Positions 61,875 to 64,000 of a stretch of DNA of 64,000 bases are shown here, one piece after another; positions within the stretch are counted from its first letter, which is position 1, and the number at the start of each line of letters is the position of its first letter. The translations under genes and the position numbers were made by a program. The notes beneath the pieces were generated by a model. That model saw nothing but the letters and a program-made list of their open reading frames with translations, did not search any database and was not told the DNA's origin. This stretch comes from Candidatus Eiseniibacteriota bacterium (GTDB lineage: Bacteria; Eisenbacteria; RBG-16-71-46): positions 1 to 64,000 of the forward strand of contig JBGAML010000019.1 in the NCBI GenBank assembly GCA_044223005.1. Reading direction: 5' to 3'.

Positions 61875-62199
61875 GCGTTCCTGCCTTCCGGGGTGGTTGG
61901 AGTTCGTCGAGCAACTCGTCCAGTGCCTCGAATCGCGCCTCCCACAGCATGCGGTAGCGCTCGAGCCAGTCGTGGATCTCGCGCAGGGGCTCGGGGCGCA
62001 GCCCGTAGAGCCGGTGCTGTGCGCGGGGCTGCACCGAGACGAGCCGGGCGCCGCGGAGCACGCGGAGGTGCTTGGAGACCTGCGGCTGGGGCATACCCAG
62101 CCGAGTCCCGATCTCGTTGACGGATCGCGGTCCCTGCCGGAGCAATTCCACGATCCGGAAGCGGTTGGGCTCGCCGAGGGCGGAGAACATCGCGTTCAT
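61852..62199 (-). CDS. ArsR/SmtB family regulator
   Basis: FSALGEPNR.RIVELL, QP.VSKHLRVL, LREIHDWL. Confidence 0.9.
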   Translation of the reverse strand: MNAMFSALGEPNRFRIVELLRQGPRSVNEIGTRLGMPQPQVSKHLRVLRGARLVSVQPRAQHRLYGLRPEPLREIHDWLERYRMLWEARFEALDELLDELQPPRKAGTHVRKRRR

Positions 62200-62206
62200 G
62201 GATCGA

Positions 62207-62235
62207 ATATGCATTTGTGCGTATATACGTGTCAA
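62207..62235 (-). promoter_or_regulatory. Promoter/operator of arsR-SRPBCC (probably leaderless)
   Basis: Minus strand TTGACA-N18-CATATT, then 6 nt to the ATG; imperfect inverted repeat ATATAC-N8-GCATAT. Confidence 0.6.
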
Positions 62236-62451
62236 GGGATATTCCAACGATCGCGCCACGTGTCCGGGAGGGTCGCGTCCGGAGTGCGCTCCAGCTTGCC
62301 GGATCGCGAGGCGCTTTCCCGTTGGTGGGCCGGGTTCGAATCGCTAGAGTCCTCCTGCATCCTTGTTCGCACACGCAGTCGATGTGGGCCGCACCGGCGA
62401 CCGGACTCGCGTGCCCGCGCCCCCGCGCACGCCCGGGCCGAGGAGATCCTC

Positions 62452-63561
62452 ATGAGCGAACGGGGGGCGGGACGCGCGGCCCGGGTGTCAGCGCCGCTGA
62501 TCGCGGTCCCGGCGAACCGCCCGATGCCGGTGACGTGGGTCCGGCTCGTGGGCCACGTGTCGCTCGCGCTCGCATGCGCCGTCGCGGACGTGCGCCTCTT
62601 CACGCTGCTCATGCCGGCGGCCTTCGCGCGCTCGGCGTCGGTGCTCGAAGGCGTCGTCCATCGCGAGCCTCTCTGGCGCGTGTACCAGAGCCGCCTGCTC
62701 GGCCCGTGGCTCGTGCACGAGGGAGCGGCGCTGGCCGGCGTCGATGCCTCGGTGGCCTACGCGTGGTTCGCGCTCGCGACCCTGTTCGTGGCAGGCCTGG
62801 TCGTGCTGCTCGCGACCGATCACGCGCGCGACGTGCGGCGCTCGCCCTACGTCGCGATGTTCCTGTTCCATCTCGGCATCGTGCTGCTGCTTCCGTGCCT
62901 GTGGATCTACGCGTGGGACCTGGTCTCGCTCGTGGTGTTCGCCACGTTCAACGCCCTGGTGCTCGCTCGCGCGCGCCGGCGCTGGTTCGTGGTGCTGTAC
63001 GCGTGGGCGCTGCTCAATCACGAGCTCGCGTTCTTCATCGCCGGCTGGCTCGCTCTCGACCCGATCGTGCGCGCACTCGCGGCGCGCCGGCGCGGTGGGC
63101 ACGCGCGCATCGACTGGAGCGCGGCGGCCGTGGGTGCCGTGCTGCTGGGCGCCGGAATCGCGCTCGTGGAGTTCCTGCGTTCGAAGCTGATGATCCGCGA
63201 GATGCAGCCCGGGCTCGAACTGCCGCCGGCGGTCGTCTACGGCCGCAGCTTCCATTTCACGCTGTTCTTCAACCTGCGTTCGCTCGTGGGCAGCGCGGAC
63301 TCGCTCATGGCGGGTGGCTTCGCCGTCGTGGTGCCCGTGTTCCTGCTGCTCGTGCTCATCGTCGCGGTGGGCCTGTGGCTCACCGACGCCGAGCGCTCGG
63401 GGGCACTGGCGCTGGTCACGATCGGGATGGTGGTCGCGCTCTGCTGCTTCGGGCTGCTGCTCGAGACACGCGTGCTGCTGCCGCTCGTGCAGTTCGTGGC
63501 GTTCCACGGCGCACGGTGGCTGGCACCGCTGGCCGGCACGGCGCGGCCGGCCGCGGCGTAG
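62452..63561 (+). CDS. Hypothetical integral membrane protein
   Basis: GAGGAG RBS, about 9-10 TM helices, YQSRLL, Y.WD, LNHE, ETR. Confidence 0.7.
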   Translation: MSERGAGRAARVSAPLIAVPANRPMPVTWVRLVGHVSLALACAVADVRLFTLLMPAAFARSASVLEGVVHREPLWRVYQSRLLGPWLVHEGAALAGVDASVAYAWFALATLFVAGLVVLLATDHARDVRRSPYVAMFLFHLGIVLLLPCLWIYAWDLVSLVVFATFNALVLARARRRWFVVLYAWALLNHELAFFIAGWLALDPIVRALAARRRGGHARIDWSAAAVGAVLLGAGIALVEFLRSKLMIREMQPGLELPPAVVYGRSFHFTLFFNLRSLVGSADSLMAGGFAVVVPVFLLLVLIVAVGLWLTDAERSGALALVTIGMVVALCCFGLLLETRVLLPLVQFVAFHGARWLAPLAGTARPAAA

Positions 63562-63672
63562 CGGGGTGCCGCGAGGCCGGGGCGACGCCGCCCGCCGTCG
63601 CCGGCACGAGGATCGCCGTGCCGCTCGCCGGCCTCGCGATCGGGTACTCGGCGCGGGGCGGCGGAAGCGCGG

Positions 63673-64000
63673 TCAGTCGGCGAGCACGCGGCCGCGGGTC
63701 TCGATCACGAACGGAATCAGGAGCAGCCCCGCGAGCGGCACGGCGCCGACCCAGAACAGCACCTGCAGCGCCGAATCGAGGCCCGCGGCGCCGCGCGCGG
63801 CGATCGTCCCGACGACGATCGGGCCGGCCGCCGCGACGATGCGGCCCGCGTTGTAGCAGAAGCCCGAACCGGTACCTCGCAGGCGCGTGGGGTAGAGCTC
63901 CGGCAGGTAGTAGGTGAAACTGCCGAATACGCCGAACACCGTGAGCCCGATGAAGAAGTACATGTAGAGCCGCGTGTGGTCCGGCATCGCGAGACCGAAC
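63673..64000 (-). CDS. MFS transporter, 3' part only
   Basis: YLPELYPTRLRGTGSGFCYNAGR, ETRG; the frame runs off the right edge. Confidence 0.85.
   Translation of the reverse strand, partial: FGLAMPDHTRLYMYFFIGLTVFGVFGSFTYYLPELYPTRLRGTGSGFCYNAGRIVAAAGPIVVGTIAARGAAGLDSALQVLFWVGAVPLAGLLLIPFVIETRGRVLAD

Overview
This is a very GC-rich, gene-dense bacterial chromosome segment with about 52 CDS. I found no rRNA, complete tRNA, CRISPR array or transposase/integrase. Two FlgD-Ig/T9SS-like C-terminal tails, a 'TWGxLKxxYR' tail and a GWxTD protein suggest an FCB-superphylum organism such as Ca. Eisenbacteria (inference). Housekeeping genes include miaB, queF, aceA/aceB, pip, a ROK kinase, an OPT transporter, MFS transporters and a sigma54-type pilin. 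The most striking locus is a tightly packed ~11.6 kb operon (30685-42287). It encodes FdrA/YahF, YlbE/YahG (DUF1116), a cyclase-family amidohydrolase, a GNAT-like protein, a thiolase-fold protein lacking the catalytic Cys, its DUF35 partner, GntR, DUF2877 and a three-subunit xanthine-dehydrogenase-family Mo hydroxylase. It looks like an undescribed CoA-linked N-heterocycle catabolic pathway and has a recognisable promoter and operator. Other candidates are an exported TPR-CHAT protease/ECF sigma/anti-sigma/secreted-protein module, a multiheme cytochrome with a secretion-type tail, two degenerate signalling enzymes, and an 11-bp-periodic operator upstream of an oxidative-stress operon. All calls come from motif recognition by eye; no database searches were run.
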